DNA of 64,000 nt from positions 857,908 through 921,907 of the forward strand of contig OZ246408.1 in the NCBI GenBank assembly GCA_965231015.1, written 5' to 3'. The DNA is from an uncultured Gammaproteobacteria bacterium. GTDB taxonomy: Bacteria > Patescibacteriota > Patescibacteriia > UBA9934 > CAZDDW01. Position numbers and translations under genes: made by a program. The notes below the pieces were generated by a model, which was given only the letters and a program-made list of their open reading frames with translations, ran no database searches and was not told the DNA's origin. The first letter of the stretch is position 1. Each line of letters starts with the position of its first letter. Of the stretch, positions 1 through 9,742 are shown one piece after another.

Positions 1-644
1 TTATTGAATGGGAGAAAGAACGTTTTTAGCCCCTTCAACTCCGTTGTCATGTATATCAAATCCGTGTCTACAGCAAAATGAGCCAAGCATCGTTTGAACC
101 GTAGCAAGGGCTCTTTTGGATCTCGGTCAACTCGATATTGTTGCACGGCATTTTTAACGGTCTGACCGGTTAATTGATTTTTGAGTTCAACTGTAAAAAT
201 TGGCAGACCATTCAAAAACAAAACAATGTCAATAGAATTCTCATTCTGATCACTATAATGAACCTGACGCATAACACTAAAGATGTTTGCGTCATACAGT
301 CGCTGGCTTTCCGGATTCATACCGGAGTTTGGCTTGAAGTAGGCCAAGTCAATTTTTTGTCCATGATCGGAAAATCCGTTCCGCAACACATCCAAGGTTC
401 CACGTTCTCGAATCTCTTTATCTAAACGATTGAAAACTTTATCATTGATCTGGTCCCCGTGGATTTCCAGGAGGCGTCCATATTTTTCTGATTGTGTATT
501 TTCAATGAATTCTAAAACCAGTTCCGGATCCATACAGACATTCTTCATGTATGCACTCGCCGGCCGAGTTTGATACCCATTTTCCTCCGTGAGGAACTCC
601 TCAATAAATTCCTCAAACCCAATTTCTTTGATATTAGTAGTCAT
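1..644 (-). CDS. hsdR: Type I restriction enzyme R subunit, N-terminal part (runs off the window edge)
   Basis: Not in the ORF track. Manual translation from ATG at 644 gives MTTNIKEIGFEEFIEEFL...SIDIVLFLNGLPIFTVELKNQLTGQ...RCLAHFAVD...FLPFN, the HsdR N-terminal nuclease motif. It lies downstream of hsdM and hsdS. Confidence 0.93.
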   Translation of the reverse strand, partial: MTTNIKEIGFEEFIEEFLTEENGYQTRPASAYMKNVCMDPELVLEFIENTQSEKYGRLLEIHGDQINDKVFNRLDKEIRERGTLDVLRNGFSDHGQKIDLAYFKPNSGMNPESQRLYDANIFSVMRQVHYSDQNENSIDIVLFLNGLPIFTVELKNQLTGQTVKNAVQQYRVDRDPKEPLLRFKRCLAHFAVDTDLIYMTTELKGLKTFFLPFN

Positions 645-646
645 AA

Positions 647-1348
647 TTATTTCTCATCCATCCAAGTAAAGTCTTGGTTTTGACATCTGATAGCTTTTTC
701 TGGACAATGAGCAGTTAATACTTCTAAGGATTGTTCTTCAAGTTTTTGTAGTTCACGATATTGTTTGTATTTACCTTCACCAATTCTAGTGTCTCCCACT
801 AACTCCTTTGGCATAATCGACAAATCGATCCATTTTGTCATAAGACTCAGAGCGATTAAGTCATAACGCAGTTGAGCTAATCGCTTCTTTAAAAATCGCT
901 CTTGTACTTCTTGGTTGTTGTGTTGCAAACCAAATTTATCATATTTTTCAATTTGTTCAATATCTAGCACAATTGTACTGATTTGGCTTTGCTCTTCAAT
1001 GGTATAAAATAAATCTAAATATTGACCACTTGCTAGAATGCGCTTTAAGTTTGGTGCGTTGTAAATTTTGCTTAGATATTTTGGAAAAGGTTTGAAGCCC
1101 TTTGTCGCTTCTTTGAGATCTGACATTACTTGTCCTAGATTAACAATATCTTCAAGGCTTGCAAAATATAGAGTTCTGATTTCAACTTTGATCACTTCTT
1201 TTAATCTGTGCCATTGTATCCGTTTTCGATTCCAGCTAATCCAATAAGTAACAACTGAGATAAATGCTGTGGCTGCAGCAATCCCAAAAGAAGCAATAGT
1301 CGCCCATTGTGTTACTAATTGAATTGTATCAACGGTTTCTTGGGCCAT
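647..1348 (-). CDS. Hypothetical protein with an N-terminal TM helix, inside the RM operon
   Basis: ORF packed between hsdS and hsdR; hydrophobic stretch WATIASFGIAAATAFISVVTYW. Start placed at MAQET. Confidence 0.75.
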   Translation of the reverse strand: MAQETVDTIQLVTQWATIASFGIAAATAFISVVTYWISWNRKRIQWHRLKEVIKVEIRTLYFASLEDIVNLGQVMSDLKEATKGFKPFPKYLSKIYNAPNLKRILASGQYLDLFYTIEEQSQISTIVLDIEQIEKYDKFGLQHNNQEVQERFLKKRLAQLRYDLIALSLMTKWIDLSIMPKELVGDTRIGEGKYKQYRELQKLEEQSLEVLTAHCPEKAIRCQNQDFTWMDEK

Positions 1349-1349
1349 A

Positions 1350-2675
1350 TTATTCCACAACAATCTTCCCAGTCACCGCGTGCGAAATCAGCGACGAGCG
1401 GTATTCTTGAATTAACCTGATCGACTTTTGGATTTTTTTGATAGCTCTATCAATCTCCAATGTTTTCTTATCTAAAAAATATGCAATGTTTTTTTGAATA
1501 GACGTACTGGGTACAGGTATTGATTCCGTAAAATATGATTTGACATCTAGATTCTGAATACCAGTTGTCTGCTTTATGAACTTTTTATTGACTCCTTTAA
1601 CGTACATAGCTCTATTGAGATATGTAAAGTACTTTGAGTCGACAGAATCATTTAATCGTATAGTTTCAATGAAATTTGAATTTACTGCGGTGTTGTTCAA
1701 ATCAAACTGGACAATTCTGCCAACTGGTGTCTTTTCTCCACCTCCAGACTTCTCAAGTAATAGATCACCAAGCTGCAGTTTTTTTGAGCTAAGATGATTC
1801 CTCGCTACATCTCGGAAAGTGTAACCCTCAGGCTTTAATCTAAGATTTGTATAAACAAAGTCAGCAACTCGGACACATAATGTTCCAGTTTCTTCAGTCG
1901 CTTCACCATCACCCCATGTTCCACCAAAGTGAGTGCTAATGAAATCCTTTTGCCTTTGGACATCCCACCCCTCTGGCATCTCGCCAATCCATTCAACACC
2001 CGAATCTTTCATCTTCACATTCGGATCCAGGCCTTTTGTAACAGCTTGCGTAATCAAAGCCGCGCGTTTTTCTTTCAGAAGCTCGATCTGCTTCTTTTTC
2101 TTTTTCTCCACCTCATCAATCACGGCCGTTTTTTCATCAAGAAAATCTGCAATGCGTTTTTGTTGATCTGCTGATGGAAGCAGAACGCCGAGTCGTTCAA
2201 AATCATGTCGTTTTACTTGAAGTGAATTTGGTCGAACCCCATAAAGTAGGCTGGTATATTTTTGAACATACTCATATGAACGTAATAAATAGTGAGCGAA
2301 ACGACTCTCGATCTTATTACTTAAATAGTAACTCTGATAGGCCGGGCTAACGTATCCGTCAAGGGCTGAAACTCCTAGTCCTTTAAAGTTCAACCACATA
2401 GTATTAACGACAAGTTGACCCTTATGAACAATGCGATAGTTACTATTATCTTCTGAGACTAATTGACCGTCATTTGTTGTCACATTCCTGGGCTCAACTC
2501 CTCGATACCCTGATACAGATAACGCAAGCTCAAAATCAGGGTGATCTTTAACGCGTTCATCACTTGCCCACATGACAAATTTTAATGGTTTAAAAATCCA
2601 GTCATTTGGAATATGCACAATCCATTCAACACCTGAATTTTTCATCTCCTTTTTGTCTCGTAATGTGTATTTCAT
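1350..2675 (-). CDS. hsdS: Type I restriction-modification specificity subunit
   Basis: Two repeats of MKxSGVEWI; conserved spacer EQKRIADFLDEKT...LLKEKRAALITQAVTKGLDP; ends SLISHAVTGKI. Confidence 0.96.
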   Translation of the reverse strand: MKYTLRDKKEMKNSGVEWIVHIPNDWIFKPLKFVMWASDERVKDHPDFELALSVSGYRGVEPRNVTTNDGQLVSEDNSNYRIVHKGQLVVNTMWLNFKGLGVSALDGYVSPAYQSYYLSNKIESRFAHYLLRSYEYVQKYTSLLYGVRPNSLQVKRHDFERLGVLLPSADQQKRIADFLDEKTAVIDEVEKKKKKQIELLKEKRAALITQAVTKGLDPNVKMKDSGVEWIGEMPEGWDVQRQKDFISTHFGGTWGDGEATEETGTLCVRVADFVYTNLRLKPEGYTFRDVARNHLSSKKLQLGDLLLEKSGGGEKTPVGRIVQFDLNNTAVNSNFIETIRLNDSVDSKYFTYLNRAMYVKGVNKKFIKQTTGIQNLDVKSYFTESIPVPSTSIQKNIAYFLDKKTLEIDRAIKKIQKSIRLIQEYRSSLISHAVTGKIVVE

Positions 2676-2677
2676 AT

Positions 2678-3070
2678 TTATTGCCACAAATTTACAAACC
2701 AATTCCAATCAAGACCGAAAAACGCCAGTAAACCAATGAGCAGGGCCAGGATAGCTAGAGCTGCTTGGAAATCATTTTTAACCCAACGCCAAAGACGATA
2801 TTTAATTTTGAGCTCACTTCTACCTGCATTTGTTATTCCAACGTAAATCCCTGGAATTCCGCCACCGCTTCTACCGTTCTGTTTAATTATGAAATTTTGT
2901 GACTCCAATGTATCACAGGCATGAGCGACACGGGATTTGAAATAGTCAACATGTTTTCTTACATCTTCTTTATACCCTCTATCAAGCAAGGCTTTTTTTA
3001 GATTAGAAACAGTAATCTTCATATCATCTCGTACTAACACCTTTAGAATGTCCTTGTGTAATTTTTCCAT
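2678..3070 (-). CDS. Hypothetical protein: possible winged-helix domain plus C-terminal TM helix
   Basis: Fills the hsdM-hsdS gap exactly. LESQNFI...GITNAGR is a wHTH-like pattern; hydrophobic tail AALAILALLIGLLAFFGL. Confidence 0.7.
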   Translation of the reverse strand: MEKLHKDILKVLVRDDMKITVSNLKKALLDRGYKEDVRKHVDYFKSRVAHACDTLESQNFIIKQNGRSGGGIPGIYVGITNAGRSELKIKYRLWRWVKNDFQAALAILALLIGLLAFFGLDWNWFVNLWQ

Positions 3071-3072
3071 AC

Positions 3073-5112
3073 CTACATCTGATCAATCAATGACTTAAGT
3101 TCTGATTCGACCTGCTCGATATCTTTCTGAATTTCATCCAGTGATCGTGGGGCTTCATACTTGTAGAAGAATCGTGTTACCGGGATTTCGTAGCCAACTT
3201 TTCCGACTTTATTATCCTTGTGATCCTTTTTACTTTCATCAATCCATGCATCAGCAACATAAGGTTTTACTTCTTCTTCAAAATAGTCGTTAACATCTTG
3301 ATTCAGTGGAACATTTTCCGTATCGCGTAAACTCGAATCAGCTTGCTGCTTGTCTTGGCTATCCAAAAAGACATCCGCTGTTTCATCATGCTCGGAAAGA
3401 GCATTAACGATTGCCTTTTTAAGCGGAGCGGGTAATTTGAGATCGTTATTTTTCCATATACCCTCAAGCAATTTTATGTATTCATTTCCATTCTTAAATA
3501 ACTCAGTGGACATCTCGCTAAGTGCTGAAATGATGCTGTCTTGAAGCTTAATTCCGGCTTCAATTTCTTCATTGCCTTTATCGCCTTTTTTCTTCGAAGT
3601 AGCCAGCTTTTGAAAAACCTGCTCCTCTTTTAGCGCTTCAACACGTTCTGGAGTTACCTGAAAATTGAGCCTTAGTGGGCGTTCGATTGTAATCTGACGG
3701 TATCCAAAACCTTCGTTGTTGAAGATTTTTGAGTATTCATTCTCTTCAAACTTTGAATATAGCTCAACAATCTTTTTTCTGTCTTCTTCGGTGATTTCAT
3801 TGCGTTTGTTGCCAAGACTTTTGCGCATCTTTTCAGACATGCCTCGAGCGTCAATGATTTGCACCTTGCCTTTGCGCTCGTCAGGCTTTCGGTTTGTTAT
3901 AAACCAGAGATAGGTTGGAATACCTGTATTGAAGAAAAGTTGATCTGGCAAGGCAATGATAGTCTCTAGCCAATCGTTCTCTAGAATCCAGCGTCGGATT
4001 TCACTTTCTCCGCTACCCGCATCTCCAGTGAAGAGTGGTGACCCGTTGAAGACAATGCCCAGACGCGATCCGCCTTCGTGCTCGGGTCGCATTTTTGAAA
4101 TGAGGTGTTGTAGGAATAACAACTGACCATCAGAAACCCGCGGTGTACCAGCTCCAAAACGACCGGCGTATCCACGTTCTTCTTCACGCTCGATTACTTG
4201 CTTGTCTTTTTTCCAATCTATACCAAACGGAGGGTTGGTGAGCATGTAGTCAAAGTCTTTACTGAAAAACTGATCATTAGAGAGGGTGGAGGCGATGGAA
4301 TGATCCTTTTCTCCGCCTTTGATATTATTCGGATCTTCACCCTTAATCAGCATATCCGCCTTACACATGGCATAGGTAACCGGGTTCAATTCTTGACCGT
4401 AAAGATAAATGTCAGCGTTACTTTTGATATCTTTCTTAATATGATCTTTGGCAACCGAGAGCATTCCACCAGTACCACAGGCACAGTCGTAAATGGTTTT
4501 AATCAGATGTTCTTTTTGAAGTTTTTTTTGGTCAGGGGCGAAGAGGACTTCAACCATGACTTTAATAACATCTCGTGGAGTGTAATGTTCTCCCGCGGTT
4601 TCGTTAGATTGTTCGGCAAACTTTCGAATAAGCTCTTCGAAGATTGAACCCATCTCATGATTGTCCACTCGGTCCGGGTGAAGATCAACCTTGTTGATGA
4701 TTTTGATAATTTCGTAAAGCAGATTACCACCTTCTAGGCGATCTAGCTGGCGGTCAAAGTCAAACTTCTCAATGATGTCAGTGATGTTTTCGCTAAACTT
4801 GCTCAGATAATCACGAAAGTTTTGTGCAATACCCGATGGATCCTCAAGTAAATTATTAAAATCATATTCTGAGATATTATAAAATCCAACTCCACTGGTT
4901 GCTTTCAGGATTGGGTCAAGATCATTAATTTCTCCACTGAGCTCGTTGTATTGCTCAAGTACAGCCTTCTTGGTTGGTGCAAGCAACAAATCCAAACGTC
5001 GAATCACGACCAAAGGGAGAATTACATCTTGGTACTCGTGCTGCTTCCAGCCACCTCGAAGAATGTCAGCGATATTCCAAATTAATTGTGCTTTTTCTTT
5101 GAAGTTGTTCAT
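3073..5112 (-). CDS. hsdM: Type I restriction-modification N6-adenine methyltransferase
   Basis: IWNIADILRG, GEHYTPRDV, YDCACGTGGML (motif I), NPPFG (motif IV). Confidence 0.97.
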   Translation of the reverse strand: MNNFKEKAQLIWNIADILRGGWKQHEYQDVILPLVVIRRLDLLLAPTKKAVLEQYNELSGEINDLDPILKATSGVGFYNISEYDFNNLLEDPSGIAQNFRDYLSKFSENITDIIEKFDFDRQLDRLEGGNLLYEIIKIINKVDLHPDRVDNHEMGSIFEELIRKFAEQSNETAGEHYTPRDVIKVMVEVLFAPDQKKLQKEHLIKTIYDCACGTGGMLSVAKDHIKKDIKSNADIYLYGQELNPVTYAMCKADMLIKGEDPNNIKGGEKDHSIASTLSNDQFFSKDFDYMLTNPPFGIDWKKDKQVIEREEERGYAGRFGAGTPRVSDGQLLFLQHLISKMRPEHEGGSRLGIVFNGSPLFTGDAGSGESEIRRWILENDWLETIIALPDQLFFNTGIPTYLWFITNRKPDERKGKVQIIDARGMSEKMRKSLGNKRNEITEEDRKKIVELYSKFEENEYSKIFNNEGFGYRQITIERPLRLNFQVTPERVEALKEEQVFQKLATSKKKGDKGNEEIEAGIKLQDSIISALSEMSTELFKNGNEYIKLLEGIWKNNDLKLPAPLKKAIVNALSEHDETADVFLDSQDKQQADSSLRDTENVPLNQDVNDYFEEEVKPYVADAWIDESKKDHKDNKVGKVGYEIPVTRFFYKYEAPRSLDEIQKDIEQVESELKSLIDQM

Positions 5113-5963
5113 ATAAGTGGTTTGAATAGTTGTGTGTACTCATGGAGATGAAAAACTCTATGTCTATCTTTTCCGGTCACCTCTTTGAGAACGTTAAGTT
5201 TTACAAGCTCCTTAAACAATTCATTGATCGTCTGGTAAGTACTTTTCTCTTGATAGCTATTCTGAAGTTCCTTGATGGTAAACTGCGGCTTTTCCATCAT
5301 ACATGGTAACAGACCCTGAAAAAGATCTTTGCGTTGTTTGGCAAAGCCATTCGTCCGCTCCTTATATTTTCCATCTAGTGTCCTGATGTTGTGAAGTAGA
5401 CTGATGATTAATTCTGTCTGTTCCGCAACTTGTTGATTTGGGTCATGGGTGTTGTTCTGCATCCGTGAAAATATAAGAATGGGGGCCAAGAGAACACTTC
5501 GTTCGACAAGATACATGTTGGCAATCAAATCTGCCACTAGTTCATTGCCTTTATGAAATGGCGATATTTGTAAAAAATTCTGATATAACTGGATAGCGCT
5601 TTCGAAAATATTATCTTTCGAGTTGTGCTTGACTAACAACCTTTGCAGTGCCTTCTGTTTATCTTGGGAACGCCATTCACCCGGCTGGTAATTATATGTC
5701 TCTTTTTGCGAAAAGATCTGACGATGCAGTGAAGCGATGGCGTCTAAAAAATCTTCTCTGACCTTCGTCGGTTTAATAAAGGCAGTGATAAACCGCGATT
5801 CAGTCACTGGTAGCTGACCATGATTCTCATCAATTATTTGCTGTGTAAAAGCTAATTTAGCCAAAGAATAGCGCATTAATAGCGCAAATTGCGATGATTC
5901 TATCCATCCATTGATCTTCCCGATGTTGAGAAGTGCTAATTTTTCTGGCGCAATATGTTGCAT
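5109..5963 (-). CDS. Fic-family-like protein with a degenerate active site and C-terminal HTH
   Basis: ISPFHKGNELVAD aligns to the Fic motif HPFxDGNGRxxR. The C-terminus LKEVTGKDRHRVF is typical of Fic-HTH proteins. Overlaps the hsdM start. Confidence 0.7.
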   Translation of the reverse strand: MQHIAPEKLALLNIGKINGWIESSQFALLMRYSLAKLAFTQQIIDENHGQLPVTESRFITAFIKPTKVREDFLDAIASLHRQIFSQKETYNYQPGEWRSQDKQKALQRLLVKHNSKDNIFESAIQLYQNFLQISPFHKGNELVADLIANMYLVERSVLLAPILIFSRMQNNTHDPNQQVAEQTELIISLLHNIRTLDGKYKERTNGFAKQRKDLFQGLLPCMMEKPQFTIKELQNSYQEKSTYQTINELFKELVKLNVLKEVTGKDRHRVFHLHEYTQLFKPLI

Positions 5964-6045
5964 ATCTTATTCAGAGTTTGACAAAGATTACTGATTGTGA
6001 TAATACCAAAAGGCTAATTAATTGTCAAGTAAATACTCAAATAAT

Positions 6046-7263
6046 ATGACCGAACAAACTATAATTTGCCCTGAGTGTAGCGCAGAAATCCCCTTAAATA
6101 AAGCGCTTACAGGAAAAATTCATGCTGAGCTTCGCAAGGAAATGAACGCAGAGCTTCAGGACAAGAGGACTGAGCTTGCCCAAAAAGAAACACAATTTGC
6201 TAAACAGCAGGAGGATTTGCAAAAAACAATTGATGCCCGTGTAGCAAAGGAGCGAGCGGAAATTGCCAAGCAAGCGAAAGATGAGGCTACAAAAGTGCTT
6301 GATCTTCAACTCAAGGATCTCCAAAAAGCCAATGAAGAAAAGGGACAGGAGTTGAAAGCTATGAAGGAGGCCGAGTTAGAGCTTCGTAGGCAAAAACGTG
6401 AAATTGAAGCGCGAGAAAAAAACCTCCAGCTCGAGTTTGAACGCAAAATGGATACTGAACGAGAAAAAATTGCTGAAGATGTGAGAAAAGCTGCTGCAGA
6501 AGAGAGTCGGCTTAAGGTTGCAGAAAAGGACAAACAGATTGCCCAAATGAACAAAACGATTGTGGATCTAAAACGAAAAGGTGAACAAGGCTCCATGCAA
6601 ATCCAAGGTGACGTGCAAGAAGATGGCCTGAAGATTCAGCTGCAGAATATTTTCCCTATTGATACCATCGAGGATGTCCCGACTGGAATTAAAGGAGCTG
6701 ACTTGGTGCATCGCATACGAACCGACCTTGGTCAAGAAGCTGGTACGATTCTCTGGGAATCAAAAAATACTAGGGCATGGAATGGTGGCTGGGTGAAAAA
6801 ACTCAAGGATGACCAGGCGTCTGTTAAGGCTGATGCATGTATCTTAGTTTCTCAAGCATTACCTGATGGGATCGATGATTTTGGATATGTCGACGGAGTA
6901 TGGGTGTGCAAATATCGCTCAGCTGCGTCTTTGGCGTCTGTGCTACGCCACAGCGTTGTTGAAATCTCACAAGTTAAGCAGTCGTTAGTGGGTAAGGATC
7001 AAAAAATGGAGCTTCTTTATAACTATTTATCCGGAAGCGAATTCCGAAACCGTGTAGAAAACATCGTTTCTGCATTCACAGGCATGCAGTCGGATCTTGA
7101 AACCGAAAAGCGTTCCATACAGCGCACATGGAAGAAGCGTGAAAAAGAAATTGAACGTGTAATCACTAATACGTCTGGGATGTATGGAGACCTTCAAGGT
7201 CTCATTGGTGCTTCGCTTAAAACAATCCGGTCTCTCGAACTATCAAGTGGGGATGAAGATTAA
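6046..7263 (+). CDS. DUF2130-family coiled-coil protein
   Basis: N-terminal ICPEC, long coiled coil, GSMQIQGDVQE, GADLVH, ILWESKNT, WKKREKEI. Confidence 0.88.
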   Translation: MTEQTIICPECSAEIPLNKALTGKIHAELRKEMNAELQDKRTELAQKETQFAKQQEDLQKTIDARVAKERAEIAKQAKDEATKVLDLQLKDLQKANEEKGQELKAMKEAELELRRQKREIEAREKNLQLEFERKMDTEREKIAEDVRKAAAEESRLKVAEKDKQIAQMNKTIVDLKRKGEQGSMQIQGDVQEDGLKIQLQNIFPIDTIEDVPTGIKGADLVHRIRTDLGQEAGTILWESKNTRAWNGGWVKKLKDDQASVKADACILVSQALPDGIDDFGYVDGVWVCKYRSAASLASVLRHSVVEISQVKQSLVGKDQKMELLYNYLSGSEFRNRVENIVSAFTGMQSDLETEKRSIQRTWKKREKEIERVITNTSGMYGDLQGLIGASLKTIRSLELSSGDED

Positions 7264-7358
7264 GGAAACCCGAGATGGTTTAGGTGAGAAAATTTTCCTA
7301 TTCGATAGAATAATAATATAACTGTTAGTATTGGGTGAATGTGCCATAATGCCCGCGT

Positions 7359-7862
7359 ATGATGGAGCAAGCTGAACAACTGGTGCGCGAGCGGATTACG
7401 GGCACGCGCAAAGGCATGGACAAGCCGGCCTGCACGCATTCGTTCAATGTGCGGGATATTCTGGCGAGGCACGGGTTTTCCGGTGAGGTGCAACTGGCCG
7501 GGCTGTTGCACGATGTGATCGAGGACGGGGGCGTGAGTTTGGACGAGCTAACAGCGCTCGGGTTTGGCGATCGGGTGGTAGAGCTCGTTAATCTGGCTTC
7601 GCACGACCTCGCGGTCGAAGGCTCGTACGAGCGCTGGGTCAAAATGATCGCGCGGCTGATTGACGCGACTGACGCCGAGGCTTGGGCCATCAAGCTCGCT
7701 GACATCCGCGACAACCTGCGCGACAGCCATGCTATGCCGAACAAAGAACAACAACTCTTGCTCCGCGAAGTCAAGGTCCGGCTAATGCTGGAGCTAACTA
7801 AAAATTTCAATGACCTGTCCGGTCTGCGCCAAGAACTGGCAAACGAGCTTAAGGCAATCTAG
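7359..7862 (+). CDS. Stand-alone HD-domain protein, RelA/SpoT hydrolase (MESH1-like small alarmone hydrolase)
   Basis: H...AGLLHDVIED and IKLADIRDNL motifs. Confidence 0.82.
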   Translation: MMEQAEQLVRERITGTRKGMDKPACTHSFNVRDILARHGFSGEVQLAGLLHDVIEDGGVSLDELTALGFGDRVVELVNLASHDLAVEGSYERWVKMIARLIDATDAEAWAIKLADIRDNLRDSHAMPNKEQQLLLREVKVRLMLELTKNFNDLSGLRQELANELKAI

Positions 7863-7896
7863 TTTTTACTATTCGTTCGAATTAGAGCAAAAACAA

Positions 7897-7916
7897 AGAA
7901 GCCCCGAAAGGCTTCT
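7897..7916. terminator. Hairpin between convergent genes
   Basis: agaagcc-ccgaaa-ggcttct, with an A-rich run on its left. Confidence 0.6.
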
Positions 7917-7936
7917 GAAGTGAGGATAAAGAGTGG

Positions 7937-8287
7937 TCAAGGATCAGTAGGACAAAGTGCGAGATTGCGATTCTGGAGCTCACCACTCTGTTCGGCTTTG
8001 AAGGTGGCAGTGTAGGTGCCGTCGGCATTGGGAGTAAGTTCGGTCAGGAAGTGGCGCTTGTAGGCCTCAGGGTGTCCGACCGCCAGCTCCTTGGTGAAGC
8101 GGGTGTTGTTCATGAACATGCGCACGTTTTCGATGCACTTCACATGTTCGGTGTCGATCACGCACTCGGCCCATTCGAGCCGGTTCTGGCTTTGGCAGTG
8201 CAGGACCGGAAGTCCGATCATGATGCCGATAATCAGTAGCCCGCCGACCAGGCTGACCCAGATATTTTCTTGCTCGCGCTTTTCCAT
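7937..8287 (-). CDS. Small single-TM hypothetical protein
   Basis: SD-like aaggag before ATG 8287; TM segment IWVSLVGGLLIIGIMIGLPVL; four Cys. Confidence 0.7.
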   Translation of the reverse strand: MEKREQENIWVSLVGGLLIIGIMIGLPVLHCQSQNRLEWAECVIDTEHVKCIENVRMFMNNTRFTKELAVGHPEAYKRHFLTELTPNADGTYTATFKAEQSGELQNRNLALCPTDP

Positions 8288-8485
8288 GACTACTCCTTCG
8301 AAAGATCGTGCCTCAAACCTAGCAGAAAAATGAACACTGGTCAAGCCCATAAATTGACAAACCAAGCTTAAATGCTATAGTTATTTTTGAGAGGAGAAAA
8401 CAGCGCTTCGCGGTGCCTTACACATACTGATCGCAGTGGTCATATTACTTCATTTCCTTCAAAATCGACGACTGGTTGGACTAAC

Positions 8486-8773
8486 ATGAACAAGAACGCC
8501 TATTTTAGCAGCCTGATCCGCGAGCACGGCTTTAGCCGAGTGGCACACCAGATCGTGTACGAGCACGAGCGGCCGAGCAGTTCCCGCGCTGACTACTGGC
8601 GCCTTGAATTCACTGCTCAGACTGAGGACGATATGTACGTGCAAGGCCAGTTCACATCCGTGGGCTCGTCTGCCGGACAGCCAGCGCAAATCACCGGTCA
8701 GGTCACGAACCTACAGCCGATTTCAGCACAACAGTACCAACGGCTGGTGGCTGAATACGGCGGATTGGACTAG
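8486..8773 (+). CDS. Hypothetical protein
   Basis: ORF MNKNAYF... downstream of a TTGACA-17-TATAGT promoter (8354-8382). Confidence 0.6.
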   Translation: MNKNAYFSSLIREHGFSRVAHQIVYEHERPSSSRADYWRLEFTAQTEDDMYVQGQFTSVGSSAGQPAQITGQVTNLQPISAQQYQRLVAEYGGLD

Positions 8774-8781
8774 GGGGAAAG

Positions 8782-9231
8782 ATGAACCTGTGGCTCAAAC
8801 TGCAACACCTGTTCAGCCGGCGCTTCCAGGCGCGTTGCGGACACCGGACTTACCGGCGTGATCGCATCCAGGCCTATGGCTACAGCACCATCGTCACGCT
8901 CAGGACCGAGCACGAAACCACTCCCTACTGCCACCGCTGCCTGGAAGCCATGACCGCGCTGTGCCCGATCTGCCATTCGTCAATCTTCATTGGTGAACCG
9001 GTGCGGATCGTGGTGCCGCTGCGCGAAGACTTCGAAGTTCAGGAGGGCATGCGCACCTTTGACATTGATCAAAACCACATCAAAATGGTGGCCTGCCTGC
9101 GTTGCGCGGATACCATTGCGCTGATCAGCGGCATCTGGGTACCGCCAGGGGTGGTCCAGCTGATCGAATCCCCGCTCGAGCATGCTTGGCGCACTGGACA
9201 GCCCACAGTGGCCGAAATCTACTACCACTAA
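8782..9231 (+). CDS. Hypothetical Cys-rich, probably Zn-binding protein
   Basis: CGH, CHRC, CPIC and CLRC motifs; followed by a terminator. Confidence 0.72.
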   Translation: MNLWLKLQHLFSRRFQARCGHRTYRRDRIQAYGYSTIVTLRTEHETTPYCHRCLEAMTALCPICHSSIFIGEPVRIVVPLREDFEVQEGMRTFDIDQNHIKMVACLRCADTIALISGIWVPPGVVQLIESPLEHAWRTGQPTVAEIYYH

Positions 9232-9235
9232 CTCC

Positions 9236-9266
9236 CGAGCCCTTCCTGAAGGGCTCGTTTCTTTTT
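9236..9266 (+). terminator. Intrinsic terminator
   Basis: cgagccctt-cctg-aagggctcg followed by tttcttttt. Confidence 0.8.
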
Positions 9267-9314
9267 GACAAATTAAAAGCGACCCGCATGATAACAGGTC
9301 GCGATTACGTTGTG

Positions 9315-9740
9315 TTAGCGACAAAGGTAGTAGTCTAAATCCCAGTCATCAACCGGGTTACCACAGGTGTCTTGTTCCATGACACACTCCCAGTCGTTAG
9401 TGAGCAACTTGGAACGGTGATGTCGGGGATGATCTTCGAAATAACTGATCTCTTCGTCAGTCAAATTAAGCCGATCGCGCAGTTTATCGCGCTCGAACAG
9501 AATCGGGTCCGTTGATGAACATTCTCGGAACATCGAACTGCACAAGATGCACTTGCACATCTGTTCGTGTTCGTAGTGTAAGTCTGCGAGCAGATGTATC
9601 ACCTTCTGGTCATGCTTGTCTGGATTCGGTCCGCGCTCATACCACAGAAATATTCCCACGAATGGATCGATCAAGATTAGCAAATACACCCCAATGATTA
9701 GACAAGAAATTATTAGATCTTTCCAATCTTGACGACGCAC
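9315..9740 (-). CDS. Single-TM hypothetical protein, paralog of 9743-10141
   Basis: N-terminal TM helix; shares CxC and RDxLRDRLxxTDxE with its neighbour. Confidence 0.72.
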   Translation of the reverse strand: MRRQDWKDLIISCLIIGVYLLILIDPFVGIFLWYERGPNPDKHDQKVIHLLADLHYEHEQMCKCILCSSMFRECSSTDPILFERDKLRDRLNLTDEEISYFEDHPRHHRSKLLTNDWECVMEQDTCGNPVDDWDLDYYLCR

Positions 9741-9742
9741 AA

